A stretch of DNA of 64,000 nt from Eledone cirrhosa (Eukaryota), in assembly GCA_964016885.1 (NCBI GenBank), contig OZ024752.1, forward strand, positions 27,342,001 through 27,406,000. The letters are read 5' to 3'. The notes under the pieces were generated by a model. That model was not told the origin of the DNA. It saw only the letters and a program-made list of their open reading frames with translations, and did no database searches. Shown here in pieces: positions 1 to 15,600 of the stretch; within the stretch, counting starts at the first letter, position 1; every line of letters starts with the position of its first letter. A program made the translations under genes and the position numbers.

Positions 1-3000
1 AAATTGTGGAACTAGTACCAACTTCGTGTATTAACACAGAAACTGTGGAACTAGTGCCAACTTCGTCTATCAACACACATACTGTGGAACTAGTACCGAC
101 TTCGGCTATCAACACACAAACTGTGGAACTAGTACCAACTTCTTCTATCAATACACAAACTGTGGAACTAGTACCAACTTCGACTATCAACACACAAACT
201 GTGGAACTAGTACCAACTTCGACTAGCAACACACAAACTGTGGAACTAGTACCAACTTCGTCTATCAACACACAAACTGTGGAACTAGTACCAACTTCGT
301 CTATCAACACACAAACTGTGCAACTAGTACCAACTTCTTCTATCAACACACAAACTGTGCAACTTGTATCAACTTCGGCTCTCAACACACTAACTGTGGA
401 ATTAGTACCAACTTCTTCTATCAACACACAAACTGTGGAACTAGTACCAACTTCGTCTATCAACACACAAACTGTGGAACTAGTACCAACTTCTTCTATC
501 AACACACAAATTGTGGAACTAGTACCAACTTCGTCTATCAACATACAAACTGTGGAACTAGTACCAACTTCGTGTATCAACACACAAACTGTGGAACTAG
601 TACCAACTTCGACTATCAACACACAAACTGTGGATCTAGTACCAACGTCGTCTATCAACACACAAACTGTGGAACTAGTACCAACTTCTTTATCAACACA
701 CAAACTGTGGAACTAGTACCAACTACAGCTATCAACACACAATCTCTGGAACTAGTACCAGCTTCGTCTATCAACACACAAACTGTGGAACTAGTACCAA
801 CTTCGGCTATCAACACACAAAATGTGGAACTAGTACCAACTTCGGCTATCAACACACAAACTGTGGAACTAGTACAGACTTCGTCTATCAACACACAAAC
901 TGTGGAACTAGTACCGACTTCGGCTATCAACACACAAACTGTGGAACTAGTACCGACTTCGACTATCAACACACAAACTGTGGAACTAGTACCAACTTCT
1001 TCTATCAACACACACACTGTGGAACTAGTACCAACTTCGACTATCAACACACAAGCTGAGGAACTAGTACCAACTTCGGCTATCAACACACAATCTCTGG
1101 AACTAGTACCAGCTTCGTCTATCAACACACAAACCGTGGAACTCGTACACACTTCGTGTATCAACACACAAACTGTGGAACTAGTACCAACTTCGGCTAT
1201 CAACACACAAACTGTGGAACTAGTACCAACTTCGGCTATCAACACACAAACTGTGGAACTAGTACCTACTTCGGCTATCAACACACAAACTGTGGAACTA
1301 GTACCAAATTCAGCTATCAACACACAAACTGTGGAACTAGTACAAACTTCGGCTGTCAACACACAAATTGTAGAACTAGTACCAACTTCGTGTATCAACA
1401 CAGAAACTGTGGAACTAGTACCAACTTCGTCTATCAACACACAAACTGTGGAACTAGTACCAACTTCGTCTATCAACACACAAACTGTGGAACTAGTACC
1501 AACTTCTTCTATCAACACACAAATTGTGGAACTAGTACCAACTTCGTGTATCAACACAGAAACTGTGGAACTAGTACCAACTTCGTCTATCAAAACACAA
1601 ACTGCGGAACTAGTACCAACTTCGTCTATCAACACACAAACTGTGGAACTAGTACCAACTTCGGCTATCAACACACAAACTGTGGAACTAGTACAGACTT
1701 CGTCTATCAACACACAAACTGTGGAACTAGTACCGACTTCGGCTATCAACACACAAACTGTGGTACTAGTACCAACTTCGACTATCAACACACAAACTGT
1801 GGAACTAGTACCAACTTCTTCTATCAACACACAAACTGTGGAACTAGTACCAACTTCGACTATCAACACACAAACTGTGGAACTAGTACCAACTTCGACT
1901 ATCAACACACAAACTGTGGAATTAGTACCAACTTCGGCTATCAACACACAAACTGTGGAACTAGTACCAACTTCGTCTATCAACACACAAACTGTGCAAC
2001 TAGTACCAACTTCTTCTATCAACACACAAACTGTGCAACTTGTATCAACTTCGGCTCTCAACACACTAACTGTGGAACTAGTACCAACTTCTTCTATCAA
2101 CACACAAACTGTGCAACTAGTACCAACTTCGGCTATCAACACACAAATTGTGGACCTAGTACCAACTTCGTCTATCAACACACAAACTGTGGAACTAGTA
2201 CCAACTTCGACTATCAACACACAAATTGTGGAACTAGTACCGACTTCGGCTATCAACACACAAACTGTGGAACTAGTACCAACTTCTTCTATCAACACAC
2301 AAACTGTGCAACTAGTACCAACTTCGGCTATCAACACACAAACTGAGGAACTAGTACCAACTACAGCTATCAACACACAATCTCTGGAACTAGTACCAGC
2401 TTCGTCTATCAACACACATACCGTGGAACTAGTACACACTTCGTGTATCAACACACAAACTGTGGAACTAGTACCAACTTCGGCTATCAACACACAAACT
2501 GTGGAACTAGTACCAACTTCGGCTATCAACACACAAACTGTGGAACTAGTACCAACTTCGGCTATCAACACACGAACTGTGGACCTAGTGCCAACTTCGT
2601 CTATCAACACACAAACTGTGGAACTAGTACCAACTTCGTCTATCAACACACAAACTGTTGAACTAGTACCAACTTCGTCTATCAACACACAAATTGTGGA
2701 ACTAGTACCAACTTCGGCTATCAACACAGAAACTGTGGAACTAGTACCAACTTCGTCTATCAACACACAAACTGTGGAACTAGTACCAACTTCGTCTATC
2801 AACATACAAACTGTGGAACTAGTACCAACTTCGTGTATCAACACACAAACTGTGGAACTAGTACCAACTTCGTCTATCAACACACGAACTGTGGAACTAG
2901 TACCGACTTCGTCTATCAACACACAAACTGTGGAACTAGTACCAACTTCTTCTATCAACACACAAACTGTGGAACTAGTACCTACTTCGACTATCAACAC

Positions 3001-6000
3001 ACAAACTGTGGAACTAGTACCAACTTCGACTATCAACACACAAACTGTGGATCTAGTACCAACTTCGTCTATCAACACACAAACTGTGGAACTAGTACCA
3101 GCTTCTTTATCAACACACAAACTTTGTAACTAGTACCAACTTCGGCTATCAACACACAAACTGTGGAACTAGTACCAACTACAGCTATCAACACACAATC
3201 TCTGGAACTAGTACCAGCTTCGTCCATCAACACACAAACTGTGGAACTAGTACAAACTTCGTGTATCAACACACAAACTGTGGAACTAGTACCAACTTCG
3301 GCTATCAACACACAAAATGTGGAACTAGTACCAACTTCGGCTATCAACACACAAACTGTGGAACTAGTACAGACTTCGTCTATCAACACACAAACTGTGG
3401 AACTAGTACCGACTTCGGCTATCAACACACAAATTCTGGAACTAGTCCCGACTTCGACTATCAACACACAAACTGTGGAACTAGTACCAACTTCTTCTAT
3501 CAACACACACACTGTGGAACTAGTACCAACTTCGACTATCAACACACAAACTGAGGAACTAGTACCAACTTCGGCTATCAACACACAATCTCTGGAACTA
3601 GTACCAGCTTCGTCTATCAACACACAAACCGTGGAACTCGTACACACTTCGTGTATCAACACACATACTGTGGAACTAGTACCAACTTCGGCTATCAACA
3701 CACAAACTGTGGAACTAGTACCAACTTCGGCTATCAACACACGAACTGTGGACCTAGTGCCAACTTCGTCTATCAACACACAAACTGTGGAACTAGTACC
3801 AAATTCGGCTATCAACACACAAACTGTGGAACTAGTACAAACTTCGGCTGTCAACACACAAATTGTAGAACTAGTACCAACTTCGTGTATCAACACAGAA
3901 ACTGTGGAACTAGTACCAACTTCGTCTATCAACACACAAACCGTGGAACTAGTACCAACTTCGTCTATCAACACACAAACTGTGGAACTAGTACCAACTT
4001 CTTCTATCAACACACAAATTGTGGAACTAGTACCAACTTCGTGTATTAACACAGAAACTGTGGAACTAGTGCCAACTTCGTCTATCAACACACATACTGT
4101 GGAACTAGTACCGACTTCGGCTATCAACACACAAACTGTGGAACTAGTACCAACTTCTTCTATCAATACACAAACTGTGGAACTAGTACCAACTTCGACT
4201 ATCAACACACAAACTGTGGAACTAGTACCAACTTCGACTAGCAACACACAAACTGTGGAACTAGTACCAACTTCGTCTATCAACACACAAACTGTGGAAC
4301 TAGTACCAACTTCGTCTATCAACACACAAACTGTGCAACTAGTACCAACTTCTTCTATCAACACACAAACTGTGCAACTTGTATCAACTTCGGCTCTCAA
4401 CACACTAACTGTGGAATTAGTACCAACTTCTTCTATCAACACACAAACTGTGGAACTAGTACCAACTTCGTCTATCAACACACAAACTGTGGAACTAGTA
4501 CCAACTTCTTCTATCAACACACAAATTGTGGAACTAGTACCAACTTCGTGTATTAACACAGAAACTGTGGAACTAGTGCCAACTTCGTCTATCAACACAC
4601 AAACTGTGGAACTAGTACCGACTTCGGCTATCAACACACAAACTGTGGAACTAGTACCAACTTCTTCTATCAATACACAAACTGTGGAACTAGTACCAAC
4701 TTCGACTATCAACACACAAACTGTGGAACTAGTACCAACTTCGACTAGCAACACACAAACTGTGGAACTAGTACCAACTTCGTCTATCAACACACAAACT
4801 GTGGAACTAGTACCAACTTCGTCTATCAACACACAAACTGTGCAACTAGTACCAACTTCTATCAACACACAAACTGTGCAACTTGTATCAACTTCGGCTC
4901 TCAACACACTAACTGTGGAACTAGTACCAACTTCTTCTATCAACACACAAACTGTGGAACTAGTACCAACTTCGACTATCAACACACAAACTGTGGAACT
5001 AGTACCAACTTCGGCTATCAACACACAAACTGTGGAACTAGTACCAACTTCGTCTATCAACACACAAACTGTGCAACTAGTACCAACTTCTTCTATCAAC
5101 ACACAAACTGTGCAACTTGTATCAACTTCGGCTCTCAACACACTAACTGTGGAACTAGTACCAACTTCTTCTATCAACACACAAACTGTGCAACTAGTAC
5201 CAACTTCGGCTATCAACACACAAATTGTGGACCTAGTACCAACTTGGTCTATCAACACACAAACTGTGGAACTAGTACCAACTTCGACTATCAACACACA
5301 AACTGTGGAACTAGTACCGACTTCGGCTATCAACACACAAACTGTGGAACTAGTACCAACTTCGACTATCAACACACAAACTGTGGAACTAGTACCAACT
5401 TCTTCTATCAACACACAAACTGTGCAACTATTACCAACTTCGGCTATCAACACACAAACTGAGGAACTAGTACCAACTACAGCTATCAACACACAATCTC
5501 TGGAACTAGTACCAGCTTCGTCTATCAACACACATACCGTGGAACTAGTACACACTTCGTGTATCAACACACAAACTGTGGAGCTAGTACCAACTTCGGC
5601 TATCAACACACAAACTGTGGAACTAGTACCAACTTCGGCTATCAACACACAAACTGTGGAACTAGTACCAACTTCGGCTATCAACACACGAACTGTGGAC
5701 CTAGTGCCAACTTCGTCTATCAACACACAAACTGTGGAACTAGTACCAACTTCGTCTATCAACACACAAACTGTGGAACTAGTACCAACTTCGTCTATCA
5801 ACACACAAACTGTGGAACTAGTACCAACTTCTTCTATCAACACACAAATTGTGGAACTAGTAACAACTTCGTGTATCAACACAGAAACTGTGGAACTAGT
5901 ACCAACTTCATCTATCAACACACAAACTGTGGAACTAGTACCAACTTCGTCTATCAACACACACACTGTGGAACTAGTACCAACTTCGTGTATCAACACA

Positions 6001-9000
6001 GAAACTGTGGAACTAGTACCAACTTCGTCTATCAACACACGAACTGTGGAACTAGTACCGACTTCGTCTATCAACACACAAACTGTGGAACTAGTACCAA
6101 CTTCTTCTATCAACACACAAACTGTGGAACTAGTACCTACTTCGACTATCAACACACAAACTGTGGAACTAGTACCAACTACAGCTATCAACACACAATC
6201 TCTGGAACTAGTACCAGCTTCGTCTATCAACACACAAACTGTGGAACTAGTACAAACTTCGTGTATCAACACACAAACTGTGGAACTAGTACCAACTTCG
6301 GCTATCAACACACAAAATGTGGAACTAGTACCAACTTCGGCTATCAACACACAAACTGTGGAACTAATACAGACTTCGTCTATCAACACACAAACTGTGG
6401 AACTAGTACCGACTTCGGCTATCAACACACAAACTGTGGAACTAGTCCCGACTTCGACTATCAACACACAAACTGTGGAACTAGTACCAACTTCTTCTAT
6501 CAACACACACACTGTGGAACTAGTACCAACTTCGACTATCAACACACAAACTGAGGAACTAGTACCAACTTCGGCTATCAACACACAATCTCTGGAACTA
6601 GTACCAGCTTCGTCTATCAACACACAAACCGTGGAACTCGTACACACTTCGTGTTTCAACACACAAACTGTGGAACTAGTACCAACTTCGGCTATCAACA
6701 AACAAACTGTGGAACTAGTACCAACTTCGGCTATCAACACACAAACTGTGGAACTAGTACCAACTTCGGCTATCAACACACGAACTGTGGACCTAGTGCC
6801 AACTTCGTCTATCAACACACAAACTGTGGAACTAGTACCAAATTCGGCTATCAACACACAAACTGTGGAACTAGTACAAACTTCGGCTGTCAACACACAA
6901 ATTGTAGAACTAGTACCAACTTCGTGTATCAACACAGAAACTGTGGAACTAGTACCAACTTCGTCTATCAACACACAAACTGTGGAACTAGTACCAACTT
7001 CGTCTATCAACACACAAACTGTGGAACTAGTACCAACTTCTTCTATCAACACACAAATTGTGGAACTAGTACCAACTTCGTGTATCAACACAGAAACTGT
7101 GGAACTAGTACCAACTTCGTCTATCAACACACAAACTGTGGAACTAGTACCAACTTCGTCTATCAACATACAAACTGTGGAACTAGTACCAACTTCGTGT
7201 ATCAACACACAAAATGTGGAACTAGTACCAACTTCGTCTATCAACACACGAACTGTGGAACTAGTACCGACTTCGTCTATCAATACACGAACTGTGGAAC
7301 TAGTACCAACTTCTTCTATCAACACACAAACTGTGGAACTAGTACCTACTTCGACTATCAACACACAAACTGTGGAACTAGTACCAACTTCGACTATCAA
7401 CACACAAACTGTGGATCTAGTACCAACTTCGTCTATCAACACACAAACTGTGGAACTAGTACCAACTTCTTTATCAACACACAAACTGTGTAACTAGTAC
7501 CAACTTCGGCTATCAACACATAAACTGTGGAACTAGTACCAACTACAGCTATCAACACACAATCTCTGGAACTAGTACCAGCTTCGTCCATCAACACACA
7601 AACTGTGGAACTAGTACAAACTTCGTGTATCAACACACAAAATGTGGAACTAGTACCAACTTCGGCTATCAACACACAAACTGTGGAACTAGTACAGACT
7701 TCGTCTATCAACACACAAACTGTGGAACTAGTACCGACTTCGGCTATCAACACACAAACTGTGGAACTAGTCCCGACTTCGACTATCAACACACAAACTG
7801 TGGAACTAGTACCAACTTCTTCTATCAACACACACACTGTGGAACTAGTACCAACTTCGACTATCAACACACAAACTGAGGAACTAGTACCAACTTCGGC
7901 TATCAACACACAATCTCTGGAACTAGTACCAGCTTCGTCTATCAACACACAAACCGTGGAACTCGTACACACTTCGTGTATCAACACACAAACTGTGGAA
8001 CTAGTACCAACTTCGGCTATCAACACACAAACTATGGAACTAGTACCAACTTCGGCTATCAACACACAAACTGTGGAACTAGTACCAACTTCGGCTATCA
8101 ACACACGAACTGTGGACCTAGTGCCAACTTCGTCTATCAACACACAAACTGTGGAACTAGTACCAAATTCGGCTATCAACACACAAACTGTGGAACTAGT
8201 ACAAACTTCGGCTGTCAACACACAAATTGTAGAACTAGTACCAACTTCGTGTATCAACACAGAAACTGTGGAACTAGTACCAACTTCGTCTATCAACACA
8301 CAAACTGTGGAACTAGTACCAACTTGGTCTATCAACACACAAACTGTGGAACTAGTACCAACTTCTTCTATCAACACACAAATTGTGGAACTAGTACCAA
8401 CTTCGTGTATTAACACAGAAACTGTGGAACTAGTACCAACTTCGTCTATCAACACACAAACTGTGGAACTAGTAGCAAATTCGTCTATCAACACACAAAC
8501 TGTGGAACTAGTACCAACTTCGGCTATCAACACACAAACTGTGGAACTAGTACAGACTTCGTCTATCAACACACAAACTGTGGATCTAGTACCGACTTCG
8601 GCTATCAACACACAAACTGTGGAACTAGTACCAACTTCGACTATCAACACACAAACTGTGGAACTAGTACCAACTTCTTCTATCAACACACAAACTGTGG
8701 AACTAGTACCAACTTCGACTATCAACACACAAACTGTGGAACTAGTACCAACTTCGACTATCAACACACAAACTGTGGAACTAGTACCAACTTCGTCTAT
8801 CAACACACAAACTGTGGAACTAGTACCAACTTCGTCTATCAACACACAAACTGTGCAACTAGTACCAACTTCTTCTATCAACACACAAACTGTGCAACTT
8901 GTATCAACTTCGGCTCTCAACACACTAACTGTGGAACTAGTACCAACTTCTTCTATCAACACACAAACTGTGGAACTAGTACCAACTTCGACTATCAACA

Positions 9001-12000
9001 CACAAACTGTGGAACTAGTACCAACTTCGGCTATCAACACACAAACTGTGGAACTAGTACCAACTTCGTCTATCAACACACAAACTGTGCAACTAGTACC
9101 AACTTCTTCTATCAACACACAAACTGTGCAACTTGTATCAACTTCGGCTCTCAACACACTAACTGTGGAACTAGTACCAACTTCTTCTATCAACACACAA
9201 ACTGTGCAACTAGTACCAACTTCGGCTATCAACACACAAATTGTGGACCTAGTACCAACTTCGTCTATCAACACACAAACTGTGGAACTAGTACCAACTT
9301 CGACTATCAACACACAAACTGTGGAACTAGTACCGACTTCGGCTATCAACACACAAACTGTGGAACTAGTACCAACTTCGACTATCAACACACAAACTGT
9401 GGAACTAGTACCAACTTCTTCTATCAACACACAAACTGTGCAACTAGTACCAACTTCGGCTATCAACACACAAACTGAGGAACTAGTACCAACTACAGCT
9501 ATCAACACACAATCTCTGGAACTAGTACCAGCTTCGTCTATCAACACACATACCGTGGAACTAGTACACACTTCGTGTATCAACACACAAACTGTGGAAC
9601 TAGTACCAACTTCGGCTATCAACACACCAACTGTGGAACTAGTACCAACTTCGGCTATCAACACACAAACTGTGGAACTAGTACCAACTTCGTCTATCAA
9701 CACACAAACTGTGGAACTAGTACCAACTTCGTCTATCAACACACAAACTGTGGAACTAGTACCAACTTCGTCTATCAACACACAAACTGTGGAACTAGTA
9801 CCAACTTCTTCTATCAACACACAAATTGTGGAACTAGTACCAACTTCGTGTATCAACACAGAAACTGTGGAACTAGTACCAACTTCATCTATCAACACAC
9901 AAACTGTGGAACTAGTACCAACTTCGGCTATCAACACACCAACTGTGGAACTAGTACCAACTTCGGCTATCAACACACAAACTGTGGAACTAGTACCAAC
10001 TTCGTCTATCAACACACAAACTGTGGAACTAGTACCAACTTCTTCTATCAACACACAAACTGTGGAACTAGTACCAACTTCGGCTATCAACACACAAACT
10101 GTGGAACTAGTACCAACTTCGGCTATCAACACACGAACTGTGGACCTAGTGCCAACAACGTCTATCAACACACAAACTGTGGAACTAGTACCAACTTCGT
10201 CTATCAACACACAAACTGTGGAACTAGTACCAACTTCGTCTATCAACACACAAATTGTGGAACTAGTAACAACTTCGTGTATCAACACAGAAACTGTGGA
10301 ACTAGTACCAAATTCATCTATCAACACACAAACTGTGGAACTAGGACCAACTTCGTCTATCAACACACACACTGTGGAACTAGTACCAACTTCGTGTATC
10401 AACACAGAAACTGTGGAACTAGTACCAACTTCGTCTATCAACACACGAACTGTGGAACTAGTACCGACTTCGTCTATCAACACACATACTGTGGAACTAG
10501 TACCAACTTCTTCTATCAACACACAAACTGTGGAACTAGTACCTACTTCGACTATCAACACACAAACTGTGGAACTAGTACCAACTACAGCTATCAACAC
10601 ACAATCTCTGGAACTAGTACCAGCTTCGTCTATCAACACACAAACTGTGGAACTAGTACAAACTTCGTGTATCAACACACAAACTGTGGAACTAGTACCA
10701 ACTTCGGCTATCAACACACAAAATGTGGAACTAGTACCAACTTCGGCTATCAACACACAAACTGTGGAACTAATACAGACTTCGTCTATCAACACACAAA
10801 CTGTGGAACTAGTACCGACTTCGGCTATCAACACACAAACTGTGGAACTAGTACCGACTTCGTCTATCAACACACAAACTGTGGAACTAGTACCAACTTC
10901 TTCTATCAACACACAAACTGTGGAACTAGTACCTACTTCGACTATCAACACACAAACTGTGGAACTAGTACCAACTACAGCTATCAACACACAATCTCTG
11001 GAACTAGTACCAGCTTCGTCTATCAACACACAAATTGTGGAACTAGTACAAACTTCGTGTATCAACACACAAACTGTGGAACTAGTACCAACTTCGGCTA
11101 TCAACACACAAAATGTGGAACTAGTACCAACTTCGGCTATCAACACACAAACTGTGGAACTAGTACAGACTTCGTCTATCAACACACAAACTGTGGAACT
11201 TGTATCGACTTCGGCTATCAACACACAAACTGTGGAACTAGTCCCGACTTCGACTATCAACACACAAACTGTGGAACTAGTACCAACTTCTTCTATCAAC
11301 ACACACACTGTGGAACTAGTACCAACTTCGACTATCAACACACAAACTGAGGAACTAGTACCAACTTCGGCTATCAACACACAATCTCTGGAACTAGTAC
11401 CAGCTTCGTCTATCAACACACAAAACGTGGAACTCGTACACACTTCGTGTTTCAACACACAAACTGTGGAACTAGTACCAACTTCGGCTATCAACACACA
11501 AACTGTGGAACTAGTACCAACTTCGGCTATCAACACACTAACTGTGGAACTAGTACCAACTACGGCTATCAACACACGAACTGTGGACCTAGTGCCAACT
11601 TCGTCTATCAACACACAAACTGTGGAACTAGTACCAAATTCGGCTATCAACACACAAACTGTGGAACTAGTACAAACTTCGGCTGTCAACACACAAATTG
11701 TAGAACTAGTACCAACTTCGTGTATCAACACAGAAACTGTGGAACTAGTACCAACTTCGTCTATCAACACACAAACTGTGGAACTAGTACCAACTTCGTC
11801 TACCAACACACAAACTGTGGAACTAGTACCAACTTCTTCTATCAACACACAAATTGTGGAACTAGTACCAACTTCGTGTATTAACACAGAAACTGTGGAA
11901 CTAGTACCAACTTCGTCTATCAACACACAAACTGTGGAACTAGTAGCAAATTCGTCTATCAACACACAAACTGTGGAACTAGTACCAACTTCGGCTATCA

Positions 12001-12600
12001 ACACACAAACTGTGGAACTAGTACAGACTTCGTCTATCAACACACAAACTGTGGAACTAGTACCGACTTCGGCTATCAACACACAAACTATGGAACTAGT
12101 ACCAACTTCGACTATCAACACACAAACTGTGGAACTAGTACCAACTTCTTCTATCAACACACAAACTGTGGAACTAGTACCAACTTCGACTATCAACACA
12201 CAAACTGTGGAACTAGTACCAACTTCGACTATCAACACACAAACTGTGGAACTAGTACCAACTTCGTCTATCAACACACAAACTGTGGAACTAGTACCAA
12301 CTTCGTCTATCAACACACAAACTGTGCAACTAGTACCAACTTCTTCTATCAACACACAAACTGTGCAACTTGTATCAACTTCGGCTCTCAACACACTAAC
12401 TGTGGAACTAGTACCAACTTCTTCTATCAACACACAAACTGTGGAACTAGTACCAAATTCGTCTATCAACACACAAACTGTGGAACTAGTACCAACTTCG
12501 ACTATCAACACACAAACTGTGGAACTAGTACCAACTTCGTCTATCAACACACAAACTGTGGAACTAGTACCAAATTCGTCTATCAACACACAAACTGTGG
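1..12600 (+). repeat. Array domain A: long modules with few 38-bp monomers
   Basis: The 38-mer (ACTTCTTTATC type) occurs only near 690, 3105 and 7470. Local markers are TGTATTAAC (27, 4042, 4549, 8406, 11877), GACTAGCAAC (221, 4236, 4743) and GAACTCGTACAC (~1140, 3634, 7959, 11430). Confidence 0.7.
4016..4980 (+). repeat. Tandem duplication with 507-bp (13-monomer) period
   Basis: Rare markers TGTATTAAC, ATCAATACA and GACTAGCAAC recur 507 bp apart (4236 and 4743). The same block also lies at 1-520, at an offset of 4015 = 103x39-2. Confidence 0.8.
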
Positions 12601-15600
12601 AACTAGTACCAACTTCTTTATCAACACACAAACTGTGCAAGTAGTACCAACTTCGGCTATCAACACACAAACTGAGGAACTAGTACCAACTACAGCTATC
12701 AACACACATTCTCTGGAACTAGTACCAGCTTCGTCTATCAACACACATACCGTGGAACTAGTACACACTTCGTGTATCAACACACAAACTGTGGAACTAG
12801 TACCAACTTCGGCTATCAACACACAAACTGTGGAACTAGTACCAACTTCGGCTATCAACACACAAACTGTGGAACTAGTACCAACTTCGGCTATCAACAC
12901 ACGAACTGTGGACCTAGCGCCAACTTCGTCTATCAACACACAAACTGTGGAACTAGTACCAAATTCGTCTATCAACACACAAACTGTGGAACTAGTACAA
13001 ACTTCGGCTGTCAACACACAAATTGTGGAACTAGTACCAACTTCGTGTATCAACACAGAAACTGTGGAACTAGTACAAACTTCGTCTATCAACACACAAA
13101 CTGTGGAACTAGTACCAACTTCGTCTATCAACACACAAACTGTGGAACTAGTACCAACTTCTTCTATCAACACACAAACTGTGGAACTAGTACCTACTTC
13201 GACTATCAACACACAAACTGTGGAACTAGTACCAACTTCGACTATCAACACACAAACTGTGGAACTAGTACCAGCTTCGTCTATCAACACACAAACCGTG
13301 GAACTAGTACACACTTCGTGTATCAACACACAAACTGTGGAACTAGTACCAACTTCGGCTATCAACACACAAACTGTGGAACTAGTACCAACTTCGGCTA
13401 TCAACACACAAACTGTGGAACTAGTACCAACTTCGTCTATCAACACACAAACTGTGGAACTAGTACCAACTTCGTCTATCAACACACAAACTGTGGAACT
13501 AATACCAAATTCGTCTATCAACACACAAACTGAGGAACTAGTACCAACTACAGCTATCAACACACATTCTCTGGAACTAGTACCAGCTTCGTCTATCAAC
13601 ACACATACCGTGGAACTAGTACACACTTCGTGTATCAACACACAAACTGTGGAACTAGTACCAACTTCGGCTATCAACACACAAACTGTGGAACTAGTAC
13701 CAACTTCGGCTATCAACACACGAACTGTGGACCTAGTGCCAACTTCGTCTATCAACACACAAACTGTGGAACTAGTACCAAATTCGTCTATCAACACACA
13801 AACTGTGGAACTAGTACAAACTTCGGCTGTCAACACACAAATTGTGGAACTAGTACCAACTTCGTGTATCAACACAGAAACTGTGGAACTAGTACAAACT
13901 TCGTCTATCAACACACAAACTGTGGAACTAGTACCAACTTCGTCAATCAACACACAATCTCTGGAACTAGTACCAACTTCGTCTATCAACACACAAACTG
14001 TGGAACTAGTACCAACTTCTTCTATCAACACACAAACTGTGGAACTAGTACCAACTTCGACTATCAACACACAAATTGTGGAACTAGTACCAACTTCGAC
14101 TATCAACACACAAACTGTGGAACTAGTACCAACTTCGTCTATCAACACACAAACTGTGGAACTAGTACCAACTTCGTCTATCAACACGCAAACTGTGCAA
14201 CTAGTACCAACTTCTTCTATCAACACACAAACTGTGCAACTTGTATCAACTTCGGCTCTCAACACACTAACTGTGGAACTAGTACCAACTTCTTCTATCA
14301 ACACACAAACTGTGGAACTAGTACCAAATTCGTCTATCAACACACAAACTGTGGAACTAGTACCAACTTCGACTATCAACACACAAACTGTGGAACTAGT
14401 ACCAACTTCGTCTATCAACACACAAACTGTGGAACTAGTACCAAATTCGTCTATCAACACACAAACTGTGGAACTAGTACCAACTTCTTTATCAACACAC
14501 AAACTGTGCAAGTAGTACCAACTTCGGCTATCAACACACAAACTGAGGAACTAGTACCAACTACAGCTATCAACACACATTCTCTGGAACTAGTACCAGC
14601 TTCGTCTATCAACACACATACCGTGGAACTAGTACACACTTCGTGTATCAACACACAAACTGTGGAACTAGTACCAACTTCGGCTATCAACATACAAACT
14701 GTGGAACTAGTACCAACTTCGGCTATCAACACACAAACTGTGGAACTAGTACCAACTTCGGCTATCAACACACGAACTGTGGACCTAGTGCCAACTTCGT
14801 CTATCAACACACAAACTGTGGAACTAGTACCAAATTCGTCTATCAACACACAAACTGTGGAACTAGTACAAACTTCGGCTGTCAACACACAAATTGTGGA
14901 ACTAGTACCAACTTCGTGTATCAACACAGAAACTGTGGAACTAGTACAAACTTCGTCTATCAACACACAAACTGTGGAACTAGTACCAACTTCGTCAATC
15001 AACACACAATCTCTGGAACTAGTACCAACTTCGTCTATCAACACACAAACTGTGGAACTAGTACCAACTTCTTCTATCAACACACAAATTGTGGAACTAG
15101 TACCAACTTCTTCTATCAACACACAAACTGTGGAACTAGTACCAACTTCGTCAATCAACACACAATCTCTGGAACTAGTACCAACTTCGTCTATCAACAC
15201 ACAAACTGTGGAACTAGTACCAACTTCTTCTATCAACACACAAATTGTGGAACTAGTACCAACTTCTTCTATCAACACACAAATTGTGGAACTAGTACCA
15301 ACTTCGTGTATCAACACAGAAACTGTGGAACTAGTACAAACTTCGTCTATCAACACACAAATTGTGGAACTAGTACCAACTTCGTGTATCAACACACAAA
15401 CTGTGGAACTAGTACCAACTTCGTCTATCAACACACAAACTGTGGAACTAGTACCAACTTCTTCTATCAACACACAAACTGTGGAACTAGTGCCAACTTC
15501 GTCTATCAACACACAAACTGTGGAACTAGTACCAAATTCGGCTCTCAACACACCAACTGTGGAACTAGTACCAACTTCTTCTATCAACACACAAACTGTG